Positions 21,504-33,500 of a stretch of DNA of 64,000 nucleotides are shown here, one piece after another. The DNA comes from Gracilinanus agilis (Eukaryota). Made by a program: the position numbers and the translations under genes. The number at the start of each line of letters is the position of its first letter. Position 1 is the first letter of the stretch. Below the pieces are notes generated by a model. The model had not been told where the DNA came from, did not search any database, and saw only the letters and a list, made by a program, of their open reading frames with translations. The stretch spans positions 755,179,455 to 755,243,454 of the forward strand of contig NC_058130.1 in assembly GCF_016433145.1 (NCBI RefSeq). Reading direction: 5' to 3'.

Positions 21504-24500
21504 GTGAGGCTTAGGGGCCCGCAGGCTTGCTCGGAGGGAAGGGTCGGGGGACAGGCGGCCTCCCCCTTTTCTGCCCTGTCCGGAGGGCACGGATGGATTA
21601 GCCACGGGCGAAGAAGGTGGAGGGGATTCTTGCAGAGGGCAGGCGATCATCCTTTGCTGCTGGGGCGAGAACTGGGAAAGGACGGCGTGACTCGCACTGT
21701 CGGATGGGGTGGGGGTGGGGAGAGGGCTGGGGGGTAACTCCCAGCAACAGCGGGGGCGTTTGGTGCAGTGACTCATCTGGGTGGGTGCCGGGGTGGAGGG
21801 TCTGCCCAGAGGGGGCGCTGGGCCACCGGTCTACATCTTCCCAGAAGAAAGGCAGGGATGGCCAGCTTCTACTAGAGAGGTTAGAAAACAGCAAGCCTTA
21901 AGACAATAGCCTGGGAGGTAAGACTCCTGGGTTCTGGTCTCTGAGGCGAGCTGGGTGAAAACAGATGTGTGTTTCTTTTGCCCTCTGAAAAATGGGGGAA
22001 ATCCTCATTTGGGAGAAGAGATAATAAAAGGTGAAATCATTTAAAAATAGCTTTTTATTATATTTCATTCATTCATTCACTAAATAAGTTTGTTGAATGA
22101 GTGAAAGAATAAATGAGTTACTTTTAGCTAATTCCTAATTCCACACTCGAGGGCCTTTTCCTTGCAAAATAAGGTTTATGTCTTGAAGACCTGCAGGTAG
22201 CTCAGACTAGGGATAGGTAAGGCTTCTGGAATAAGAAGAGATAAGAGTTTTGAGTCATTCTTACAAATAAGTGATTGTAGATCTGAAAAAAAGGCATTAA
22301 GAAAACTTTTAGAAAGAAGAAAAATATCTATAAAAAGAGATAAAATACCTATGGGTCACGGAATGTGGAATTTAATATTCATGGGATGTTAAATAAATTT
22401 ATGCCTTAAATCATATTAAAACAAAATACATTTATATTATATATGATTAAAATATATTTCATAAAATATACTCATAGGCTCACATAGGGATGGTGAAGAT
22501 TAGACTAGGTTGCCCTTAAGGTCCTTAGGTTCAACTCTAAACCAATATGCCCAGCAAGACTTTAAAATATTTCAGGGCTTAATTGGAGCTGTTACTTCAA
22601 AGATTATTACTTCTATTGTTACCTCTCCTATTGTTAGAGATAGTATCCCATCCAACCAGTTTACCAATTCTGCTCCATATTGTACTCTTCCATTTATCGA
22701 CTTAGTAGATATTTATTGACTGACTGAGGATGCATCCATTGTTCAGGAAGTCTTCCTCTGGGCCTTTTAAAAAATATCTTACATTTGCTGGCAGTCCTGG
22801 AGTTAGCCTCAGTAAATGATTAGTCCATTTTCTTTTCTGATTCTGATTTTTCTTGAATTATATTCTGTATACCCCATCTTGTGCACAGGTCCTAATTTTG
22901 CGGCCAGTTAGGCCCACCATTTGTCTTTTCCATTGTCCTTGGAGTCACCAACCACAGTGAGCCATTAGAGGTTGTTGCCTTCCAAGATTCAACAGTCTTC
23001 AGTAACACAGGGAGTATATTTGTACTATACAAACAGAGGTGTGTGCACATGTGTGTATACGAGCGTGCATATGTATGTGAGCATGCACACATGCATGCGT
23101 GCATGTGTGTGTATGCACACAAGAGAGAGCAGCTCGGGATTCTTAAGACATTGTGGGATTTCCAAAATGTAACTCAATCTAATTGTTCAACAAGCATTTA
23201 ATAATATGTCAGATGCTGGGATACAAAAAGAAAAAAAAGTGACAATTCTCCTTTTGCTACACTGTAGTAGAAACTTATACTCTCCAACCTGTTCACCTCA
23301 GGGCCCAGAACACTATCCATCTCCACTTCCTATACAAGACATACTAGCCATCTGTGTGCCGTAGTTTAGACAAAAGACATCTTTTATTTCATTTTCTTTG
23401 TATCGATTATTATGCCGATGTCTTTTGAGTTATCCTGGATCTTTGAGGAGTTTTAGTTTTGTTTTTGTACTTATTTTAGTTTACCATTCTGGGTTTTGAT
23501 GTGGTCAGTGCAATGTCATCCACAAACACCAGCATCTGGCAGAATTCACCATTTATAAGGAACGAATTTCTTTTCTGTCTGGGCTCTCTGTGGAACATCG
23601 TCCACAATTGCATGATCTCATATATGTAAAGGAATGCATTTTAATATTTAAAAGTAAATGTGAATATTTTTAACATCAGAAAATTCCATATTCCATGACC
23701 CCTACGTATTTTTCGTCTGTGCTTAAAAGAAAAACAATTCCTCAAAACCAACTCCCAAAGTGACCTTGTCTTACACTTTACACAACATTTTGCACTCTAC
23801 TGAGAAGAGACAAATGGGTTCATTTCCTAATCAGTCTTTTGGACCAAGATTGGTTATTTCATTTAATATGAATTCTGACATCTTTGCATTGTTTTCATGT
23901 ATATTATTACAGTCATTATGCATACTGTTATCTTGGTTCTGCTTTTTTTACTTTGTATCAATTTATACAGTTTAAATATAGAAGTCATGTCTCTCTAAAT
24001 TCCTATATTTGTCATTATGTGTGTGGGGCAATAATCTATAATATTCTTTTTTTAAAATAGCTTTACCTTCTGTTTTAGTATGAATTCTTTTTTTTTTTTT
24101 AATAACCCTTACCTTCCATCTTGGAGCCAATACTGTGTATTGGCTCCAAGGCAGAAGAGTGGTAAGGGTAGGCAATAGGGGTCAAGTGACTTGCCCAGGG
24201 TCATACAACTAGGAGGTGTCTGAGGCCAGATCTGAACCCAGGACCTCCCATCTCTAGGCCTGGCTCTCAATCCATTGAGCCACCCAGCTGCCCCCTTTAG
24301 TATGAATTCTAAGAAGAGCAGCAAGGGCTAGGCAACTGGGGTTAAGTGACTTGCCCAGGGTCACAATGCTAGGAAATGTCTGAGGCAAGATTTGAACCTA
24401 GGACTATCCCATCTCCAGTCCTAGGGCTCTATCCACTATACCACCTAGCTGCCCCAGTCTATTACATTCTTATACCACAATTTGTTCATTTGTTTCCTAA

Positions 24501-27500
24501 GCATAGTTGTGAAAAGTATTTCCTTCCATTCTCTACATTTTTTTAATTTAAAAAAATATATTATTTTATATTTGGGTTGCTTATCCATGTAGAATTAAAA
24601 AAAACAAAAACCCTTACTTTCCATCGTAGAATCAAAAACTATGTAGTGGTTCTAAGGCAGAAGAGCAGTAAGGGCTAGACAATGGGGGTTATGTGACTTG
24701 CCCAGGGTCACACAGCTAGGAAATGTCTGAGGCCACATTTGAACCCAGGACCTCTTGACTCCAGACCTGATTCTCCATCCAGTGAGCCACCAAGCTGTAC
24801 TAGTCCCCAGTGGGCATTCTTTAGATTTGTTTTGATACTCTGAAAGTTTTGTTCTGACTATTTTGGCACATATGAGATCTTTTTACCACTGACTTTCCTT
24901 GGGATATATGCCAAATAGCAAGATTTCTAGGTCAAATGCTCTGAATAGTTTAGTGAAATTTTTTTTTGTATTATTCCAAATTGTTTTCTGGTATAGTTGG
25001 GCCAATTCATAGAGTGAACAACTCAGAGTGTGTTAACGTGCCTGTCTTCTCATGGTTCCTCCAATATTTTCTGCCTGATTCTTTGCTGATTTGATGGGCA
25101 TGAGGTGAAATTAGGTGAAAAATATTTACTAATACTGTGTACCAGGCACTGTGTTAAGTGTTGGAAATTCATATACAAACAGAACAAGAATATCTGTTCT
25201 CAAGAAGTAGAGTCAAGAAAGGAATAAAGGAATGAAGATAGTATAACTGGGTACTTTCCTTAAAGTGGAAGTTCCAGCAGGAATTACCCAACTGAAGAAG
25301 GGGCTCCAGGGGTGGGAGTGATGGATCTTCCAAGGTACCAGAAGGTTGCAGGGCTGATGGAAAGTCTCTCAAAAGAGAGAAGGCTGGGGGCAGCTGGGTG
25401 GCTCAGTGGATTGAAAGCCTGGTCTAGAAATGGGAGATCTTAGGTTCAAATTTGACTTCAGACACTTCCTGGCTGTGTGACCCTGGGCAAGTCATTTAAC
25501 CCCCATTGCCTAGCCCTTATCATAGTATTGATTCTAAGACTCAAGGTAAGGGTTTAAAAACAAAAAAGGGAGAAGGCTTCTATGGCATTATAGAAAAAGA
25601 AGTTGAGAGAGTCAGGAGTGGGGCCCTGGTCTATGTTGAAATTTTAATTCTATTATATACAATTCAGAACATTTTTTATAAAATTGTTAACGGTTTTCAT
25701 TTCTTCTGAAAACCATTCATATCCTTTAACCCTTTATATATTGAGGAATTATACATATATGTCTATGTTTGTATATATTTATAATTTATAACAGTATGTA
25801 TTTATAATTACATTTATAAATATTTGATCTACATATAAAGTCCAATATATTTACATGCCTCCTCATATACCTCTTAGTGGAGATTTTGTCAGAGATGTTT
25901 GGTACAAAGACATCATTTCCCACTTAGCTTTTCTTATTTCAGTTGCATTGCTTGTGGAAAAGCTTTTAAATCTTATACAATCAAAATTCTTCATTTTGTC
26001 TTGTGTAATTGCTTCTAGACCTCGCTTAGTTATGAATTTCAAGGAGGAAATCTGTGTGAAAGCTCCCTGCTATCCTAACTCAACTGTTCATTTTTTAAAA
26101 AAGCATTTTCTATTTTGTTTCGAGTCAATAGTCCCTTCCCAATAACAGTCCAAACTCCCACTCAGTAGAACCTTTCCTTAAAAAAAGTTACTACTTTAAC
26201 TTATTATTTTTATTTTTATTACTTTATTATTATTATTATTACTTTAACTTCTTATTATTTCTGAGTCACCCTAATGCTAGCACTGCAGTTCAGAGAATCA
26301 TTACAAAATAATCAAAAGTCCATTGTACACCTTAATTACTAATTGTGAAAAATGGCAATATTTAGCCTTTTCCTTGGCAGCCAGGTAGTTCAGGGGATAG
26401 AACACCAAGCCTAGAGTTAGGAGGACCTGAGTTCAAAGCTGGCCTTAGATACTTCCTAGCTGTGTGACTCTGGGCAAATCACTTCATCTTGTTGGCCTCA
26501 GTTTTTCCTCTTCTGTAAAATAAGCTGGAGAAGGAAATGGCAAAGCACTCTAGTATCTTCGTCAAGAAAACCCCAAAAGGAGTCACTAAGAGTCTGACAC
26601 AACTGAAAAATGACTGAACAACAGCTTTTACCTTAAGGAACAGCCATGGTGAAGGGGAAAGAGCAAAGGACTTTGAACACTTCCTGGATATGGGCCTAGG
26701 TGTACTCTCTGCACGTCAGCTCTTTTATGTATTAAATGGGGTTAAATCTTTTTTTTTTTATAAATTTCCTTATTTAGTTAATTAATTTAGGATATTTTCC
26801 CATGGTTCCATGATTCATGTTCTCTCCCTCCCCTCCTTCCTTCCCCCTCCCGGAGCCGCCCAGCAATTCCACTGGGTTTTACATGTATCATTGTTCAAAA
26901 CCCATTACCATATCATTAATATTGTCAATAAGGGAAGCAGCAGTCAGCCAATAAATATTTATTAAGAATCTGGCACTGTGCTCCATGCTGGGGATACAAA
27001 AAGAGTCAAAAGACAGTTCCTGCTTTTGAGGAACTCAAAATGGAATGGTGGAGACAACAAGCAAACAAATAAATACAAAGCAAGCTCTATACAGAAAAAA
27101 TAGGAAGTGATTAACAGAGGGAAGGCCCTGGAATTAAGAGAGGTTGAGAAAGGTTTCCAGTTTGGCCCGTGACAGAAAGAAGTTTGGAAGATGGATGGGT
27201 TTGAGGTGGGAGCAGACAGAAAGATGAGTTCAGTTTTGGATATGTTGAGTTTGACATCCAGTTCAAAATGCTTTGTGAAATATTTGGAAACATGAAGCTG
27301 AGAATCAACAGTATATCAATGGAGAGTTATGTATCTTATACATCTACCATGCATCTGTCTCATATAAAGATCATTTGCCCACATGTCACAGGCCTTTTGA
27401 TACCTTCCAGCCACCAGGTTCAAACCTCAGTATTTTTCTTCACTCCTTTCATAGCTTTAGATAAAATGCCGGGTCTGGAGTTAGGAAGACCCAAGTTCAA

Positions 27501-30500
27501 ATCCAGTGTCAGACACTTACTAGCTAGGGGACCGGGCAAGTCCCTTAATCCTGTTTGCCTCCTCATCTGTAAAATGAGCTGGAGAAGGAAATAGCAAATC
27601 ACTCAGATATCTTTGCCAAGAAAATCCTAAATGGGTTCATGAAGAGTTGGACACAACTGAAATGACTGAACAACAACCTCATTGTTACTCCATATATCCT
27701 TTCAGCTGCCAAATCTTGTCATTTCTACCCTTGCAACATCTTGCCGGTGTGGCCTCTTCTCTTCACTCACACAGGCCCTTTTCTTTTTTCTTTAAACCCT
27801 TACCTTCTGCTCCAAGGTAGAAGAGTGGTAAGGGTGGGCAATGGAGGGTCAAGTCACTTGCCCAGGGTCACACAGCTGGGAAGTATCTGAGGCTAGATTT
27901 GAACCCAGGACCTCCCGTCTCTAGGCCTGGCTCTCCATCCGCTGAGCTACCCAGCTGCCCCACACACAGGTCCTTTTCACCTCTCACCTGGATGCTTCTA
28001 GTAGCCTCCTAATTGATCTGTCTCTGCATCAAGTTTCTCCACCTAGCTAAGGATTGATTTTCCCAATGTATGATTTACCTGAGTGTGCCATTTCTCAGTA
28101 AACTCCATTAGTTAAGTATTACTTCTATAGGATCAAACATAAACTCCTCTATCTGGCATCTGAATACCTCTAAAGCCCTCACAGTCAGTCAATCAGTTAA
28201 TATTGAATAAACACCTACTACACGTCAGGCACTGTGTTAAAAACACTCATCCACCTTTTGGGGTTGGGTTGTTTTAGTCATGCTCAACTCTTCATGGTCC
28301 CGCTTTAGGATTTTCTTGGCAAAGACACTAGAGAATGCTATTTCCTTCTCCAGCTCACTTTACAAATGAGGGGAAAAAACAGCATTTAGGGACTTGCCCA
28401 GTTGCGTGGCTAGTAGGTATCTGAGGCCCACTTTGACCTCGTGAAGATGAGTCTTCCTGATTCCAAGTCCAGTGCTCTAGCCACTAGCCACTGTGGGCTT
28501 GCCCCTACCTTACCAACCTCATTATACATTGGTCTCCTTTCTGTGTTACCTAATCTAGTCAAACTAACCTTCTTACTATTCCTCTCTCCCAGCACCCACC
28601 TCCACCTTTCTCCTCCTCGTCTTTTGTGCCTCTAATGCAGTCCCTCATTCCGTTTACCTCTCTGAATCCCTTGTTTCCTCCACAGGTCACCTTCAATTCC
28701 ACCTCCTATATGAAGGCTTTTCTGCTGCCCACCCAAATCACCTCGGATGTATTTTTGTATATTCTGCTCAATGTACATGTTCTTTCCCCTGACTAGAATG
28801 TTAAGTTCTTAAAAAAAAATTTTTTTTTTTAAACCTTCACCTTCCATCTTAGAATCAATACTGTGTATTGGTTCCAAGGCAGAAGGGCAGTAAGGGCTGG
28901 GCAATGGGGGTCAAGTGACTTGTCCAGGGTCACACAGCTAGGAAGTATCTGAGTCCAGATTTGAACCCAGGACCTCCCATCTCTAGGCCTGGCTCTCAAT
29001 CCACTGAGCTACCCAACTGTCCCCTAGACTGTTAAGTTCTAATGCAAGGACTGTTTCAGTATTCTTTCAGTGCTTAGTGTGGAGCCTGGCACACAGTAGG
29101 TACTTAATAGACTCTTGTGGATTGACAGACTTCACAAGTATGGTTAAGAAAACAAAATCTCAACCAAGTCACTAAGAAAGAGCCTTTGAGTGGTATCATC
29201 TAAGAGCTACTTACCATGCTGAGAAAACATGGAGGCGTGGGTGAAGCCCAAGAAAAATGGGGCCAGAGGAAAAACCAGCAAAGTGCAATTAACTAAATGC
29301 TCTTTCCTTTCATTTCTCTCCCTTTTCTGGACCTACGAAACTGCCGGTGATTATATGCTACTATTCATGCTGTTTTATTTTTAACAGATCAGCTGGGGAT
29401 CCTTGTTACCAGAATCCAAAATGTCCTGGTAAGTACAGCATACGGAGCTGATAATAAGTATAATTAAGATAGTTCAAAGAGGACAGTTTGCCTGTAACTA
29501 CTCACACAATGGACTGGAGTTGGGGTTTTGTGAGATATACTTTGAGCTTGGTCTTTAAGATGTATCCAGCAGAGTTTTTTTTCTTTCTGCTGCTCTTCCT
29601 TATGGGCAACCCCCTTCCCTCTGAAAAAATATTCTAAAAGTTTAAGTCAAGAGCCAAAGAGAACTGATTTTATATTATCTGAAGCTCAGAGGCCAAGTGT
29701 ATTTTGTATCCTGCAGGAAAAAATATACAATTGAGGGGGCAGCTGGGTAGCTCAGTGGATTGAGAGCCAACCCTAGAGATGGGAGGTCCTGGGTTCAAAT
29801 CTGGACTCGGACACTTCCTAGCTGTGTGACCCTGGGCAAGTCACTTAACCTCCATTGCCTAACCCTTACCGTACTTCTGCCTTGGAACCAATACACAGTA
29901 TTGATTCTAAGATTGAAAGTGAGGGTTTAAAAAAAAAAAACCTACCAAAGAATCATAGAAATGGCAATCAGAGTGGGAAAAGATTTGAAAAACATTCTTT
30001 ACAAGTGGGTCTCCAACCTTTAGGTTTCCTTTTATTTTATTTTATTTTTTTTAAACCCTTAACTTTTGTGTATTGGCTCATAGGTAGAAGAGTGGTAAGG
30101 ATGGGCAATGGGGGTCAGTGACTTGCCCAGGGTCACACAGCTGGGAAGTGTCTGAGGCCGGATTTGAACCTAGGACCTCCCGTCTCTAGGCCTGACTCTC
30201 AATCCACTGAGCTACCCAGCTGCCACCTTCCTTTTATTTTAAAAGTAGTATGTAATTTTGAAATGTTTTTTAATGTCAAATATTCTCCCAGTGAATTTTT
30301 TTCTGGGACTAATTTTCATGCTAATCAAAGTATATCAGAAATAGGGGCAGCTGGGTAGCTCAGTGGATGGAGAGCCAGGCCTAGAGACGGGAGGTCCTAG
30401 GTTCAAATCCAGCCTCAGACACTTCCCAGCTGTGTGACCCTGGGCAAGTCACTTGACCCCCATTGCCTACCCTTACCACTCTTCCACCTATAAGTCAATA

Positions 30501-33500
30501 CACAGAAGTTAAGGGTTTAAAAAAAAATACCAGAAATAGCAAGAGAGTTTGGCACTCAAGGATTGTTGTATTATCCTTGTGAGCCTGGTCTTAAAGTCTA
30601 TTACTTGGGTACAGTTGTATGTTATATATTACAATTATATCATGTATATAATTGTTTCAAATATAATAGTTAACAAGTATATGTATTATTTTAACAATTA
30701 TTATTTTATATTTGTGACAGGAATGCAGGTTTAACTTGCATGATTCAAATCCTATATGACAAAGATAAAATCATCAACTTTCTTGGCAAAACTCTAACAT
30801 ACATTTAGGATGATCTAGCCAAAGGGCCCATTGTTCTTCATTGTCTAGGGCTCATATTTGAATGTTATATATTTTTGAATTCTTCTTTAAATGTCTGTGT
30901 ACATTTTAAGCCATTTGAATGCCCTAAAATCAGAGAGCAGAAAACATAGATTCAGGCATAATGGCCTGACATGGAGGAATGGCCAAGATTAGCTCTTCCA
31001 GGACCCTTGTTGGCATACTGATGTTTATAGATCTTGCTGATTAGATTTTTGATTTATTTTCTTCTTCTATGACATTTGCATTTAATATTCTTTTGGGCCA
31101 CAGATAGAATTGAAGAAGAACAAAAAGTAGAACCACACATAGCCAGGCTGCAGGAGTTATGGAACACCCCTCAATTCCAAACTGTTCATATTCCGAAATC
31201 AATGAACTCTCCATTTCTAAAGGTATGGGAAGGTAATGGGTAAGTGAAACTTTGTTAGAANNNNNNNNNNNNNNNNNNNNNNNNNNNNNNNNNNNNNNNN
31301 NNNNNNNNNNNNNNNNNNNNNNNNNNNNNNNNNNNNNNNNNNNNNNNNNNNNNNNNNNNNNNNNNNNNNNNNNNNNNNNNNNNNNNNNNNNNNNNNNNNN
31401 NNNNNNNNNNNNNNNNNNNNNNNNNNNNNNNNNNNNNNNNNNNNNNNNNNNNNNNNTTCCTTCCCTTCCTCTATCCCTTCCTCCCTTCCTCCCTCCCTCT
31501 GTTCNNNNNNNNNNNNNNNNNNNNNNNNNNNNNNNNNNNNNNNNNNNNNNNNNNNNNNNNNNNNNNNNNNNNNNNNNNNNNNNNNNNNNNNNNNNNNNNN
31601 NNNNNNNNNNNNNNNNNNNNNNNNNNNNNNNNNNNNNNNNTCCTTACCTTCAGTCTTAAATTCTATATTAAGTGTTGTTTCTAAGGCCGAGGACCAATAA
31701 GGGCTTAGCAATTATCATTAAGGGACTAGCCCATGGTCACACAGATAGGAAGTGTCTGAGGTTAGATTTGAACACAGGATCTCCCTTCTTCATGCCTGGT
31801 TCACTATCCACTGAGCCACCTAGCTGCCCCCAAGAACAAAGGAATTCAAGGACAAGGTGCTAAAAATAGTGAACAAGATCCCCTGAAGGGTATTTATACC
31901 CAGCACGACAACTTGAAGCACCCATTTAGACAGAAGTCAGGCTTGGGGTCAGGAGGGCCTGAGTTCAAATATGATTTCAGATACTTCCTAACTGTGTGAC
32001 CCTGGACAAGTCACTTAGCCCCTATTGCCTAGCCCTTGCCGCTCTTCTACCTTAGAACTGATACTAAAACAGAAGGTAAGGGTTTAAATAATAATAATAA
32101 TAACAACAACAATAATAATATTTAGACCCAACAGACAAGAAATCAGGCAGGAAATTAAACATTTCTAGCATAATATATACTTCTTGCTCTGCACTAATCA
32201 ACAAAGCTCCCAGCTGTCATTGCTACATAGCTGGGAGGGTAAATAGGGTTACTGAAGATTTTTTGGAATATAGAGGAGTCTTCCTGAATTTTTTTTCACA
32301 AGGATACTCAAGTCGATCTGTCTTCTCATGAATGTGGACGTGTTGTGTTCAGCAGACGCGGATAGAACTTCACTGAGAGTGCTGTGAGACTTCCTTACTT
32401 TCTCCTGACCTCTGTGAGGATACTAGTGGGCCATCCGGGCTGATTTATCCCTCCTATATTTCTGACTTTGTGGTTTGCCGCATTATCCTACTCAAAAACT
32501 CAAATACCTCTCTGTGTTTGTAGACATGCGTATGAACCTATAAATACAGACGTGAGTAAATATATATACTCGCACATCTCCTGGCTATACGTATGTTTCC
32601 TTTAAAACGTATGTAATTTCATCAGCGTGGGGACTCGCTCTTGTCGGGATCAGTCAGAATCCCTCTCTGACTTAACAGATGGGTGGTCTTCAAGACCATT
32701 TTAAAGGCATTTGGTGGAGTGGTGAAGAGTGCGCTGGGCCCGGAGGCAGGAAGACTTGAGTCCAGTTTTGACATTTACTTGCTGGGTGACCCTGGGCAAT
32801 TTACTCAGTCTCTGTCTTAGATAATAATAGCACTTACCTCTAGGGTTCTTGTGAGGATCAGCTGAAATATATGTAAAGCTCTTAGCACAGAGTAGGTGCC
32901 CAATAAATGCTTGTTTCTCAACTCTGGCCTCAGACACGTCCTAGCTGAGAGACCCTGGGCAAGTCACTTGACTCCCATTGCCTGGTCCTTACTGCTCTTC
33001 TGTCTTGGAACCAATACTTAGCATTGCTTTTAAGACAAAGGTAAGGGATTTAAAAAAAAAAAAAAAGCTTTGTTCCCTTCCCTTCTTTCAAGATTTGTCT
33101 GGGGAAAAGATTCCTCCCCCTGTAGCCCATCTAGTGATAAACATCTCTGTTCTTAGCTTGGTGACAGTCGAGTGTGCCCAGCACACTTGATGCCTTCCCA
33201 AGGTGACAAGCCCTTCTAGAGATGCGATTTTTTGGCACAGCCTTCAAGGCCCAGTGAGGCACCAGAGGAGGATCTGACTAGAGATTATTGCCTTTAGGCT
33301 CAAGCTAAAGCGCCAGCTTTCTGTTCAGTAGCTCAGATTGTCAATTCTGTATTTCAGCACCCAGAACTCACGACGGGTCAAAAGCGCTATCTCTGCAGCA
33401 TTGCCAAGATCTATAGCACGGATTCCTTGAAGACGCTGATGAAGAGACAGTACATGCACGTGATTCAGCATGACAGCCAAAAGCCAGGCAAGTCCCCGCG

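Larger units (their letters stand above)
20250..21850. promoter_or_regulatory. CpG island and bidirectional promoter of GPN3/FAM216A
   Basis: Dense CpG in an otherwise CpG-depleted window. Palindromic ETS site CTTCCGGAAG at 20640-20649, CCAAT near 20659, NRF1-like CGCAGGCGCA at 20812-20821, CRE-like GACGTCA at 21391-21397. The two ATGs are 882 bp apart. Confidence 0.88.

Noticed and set aside
31217-31711. ORFs spanning the N runs
   Set aside because: Artefacts of ambiguous bases.
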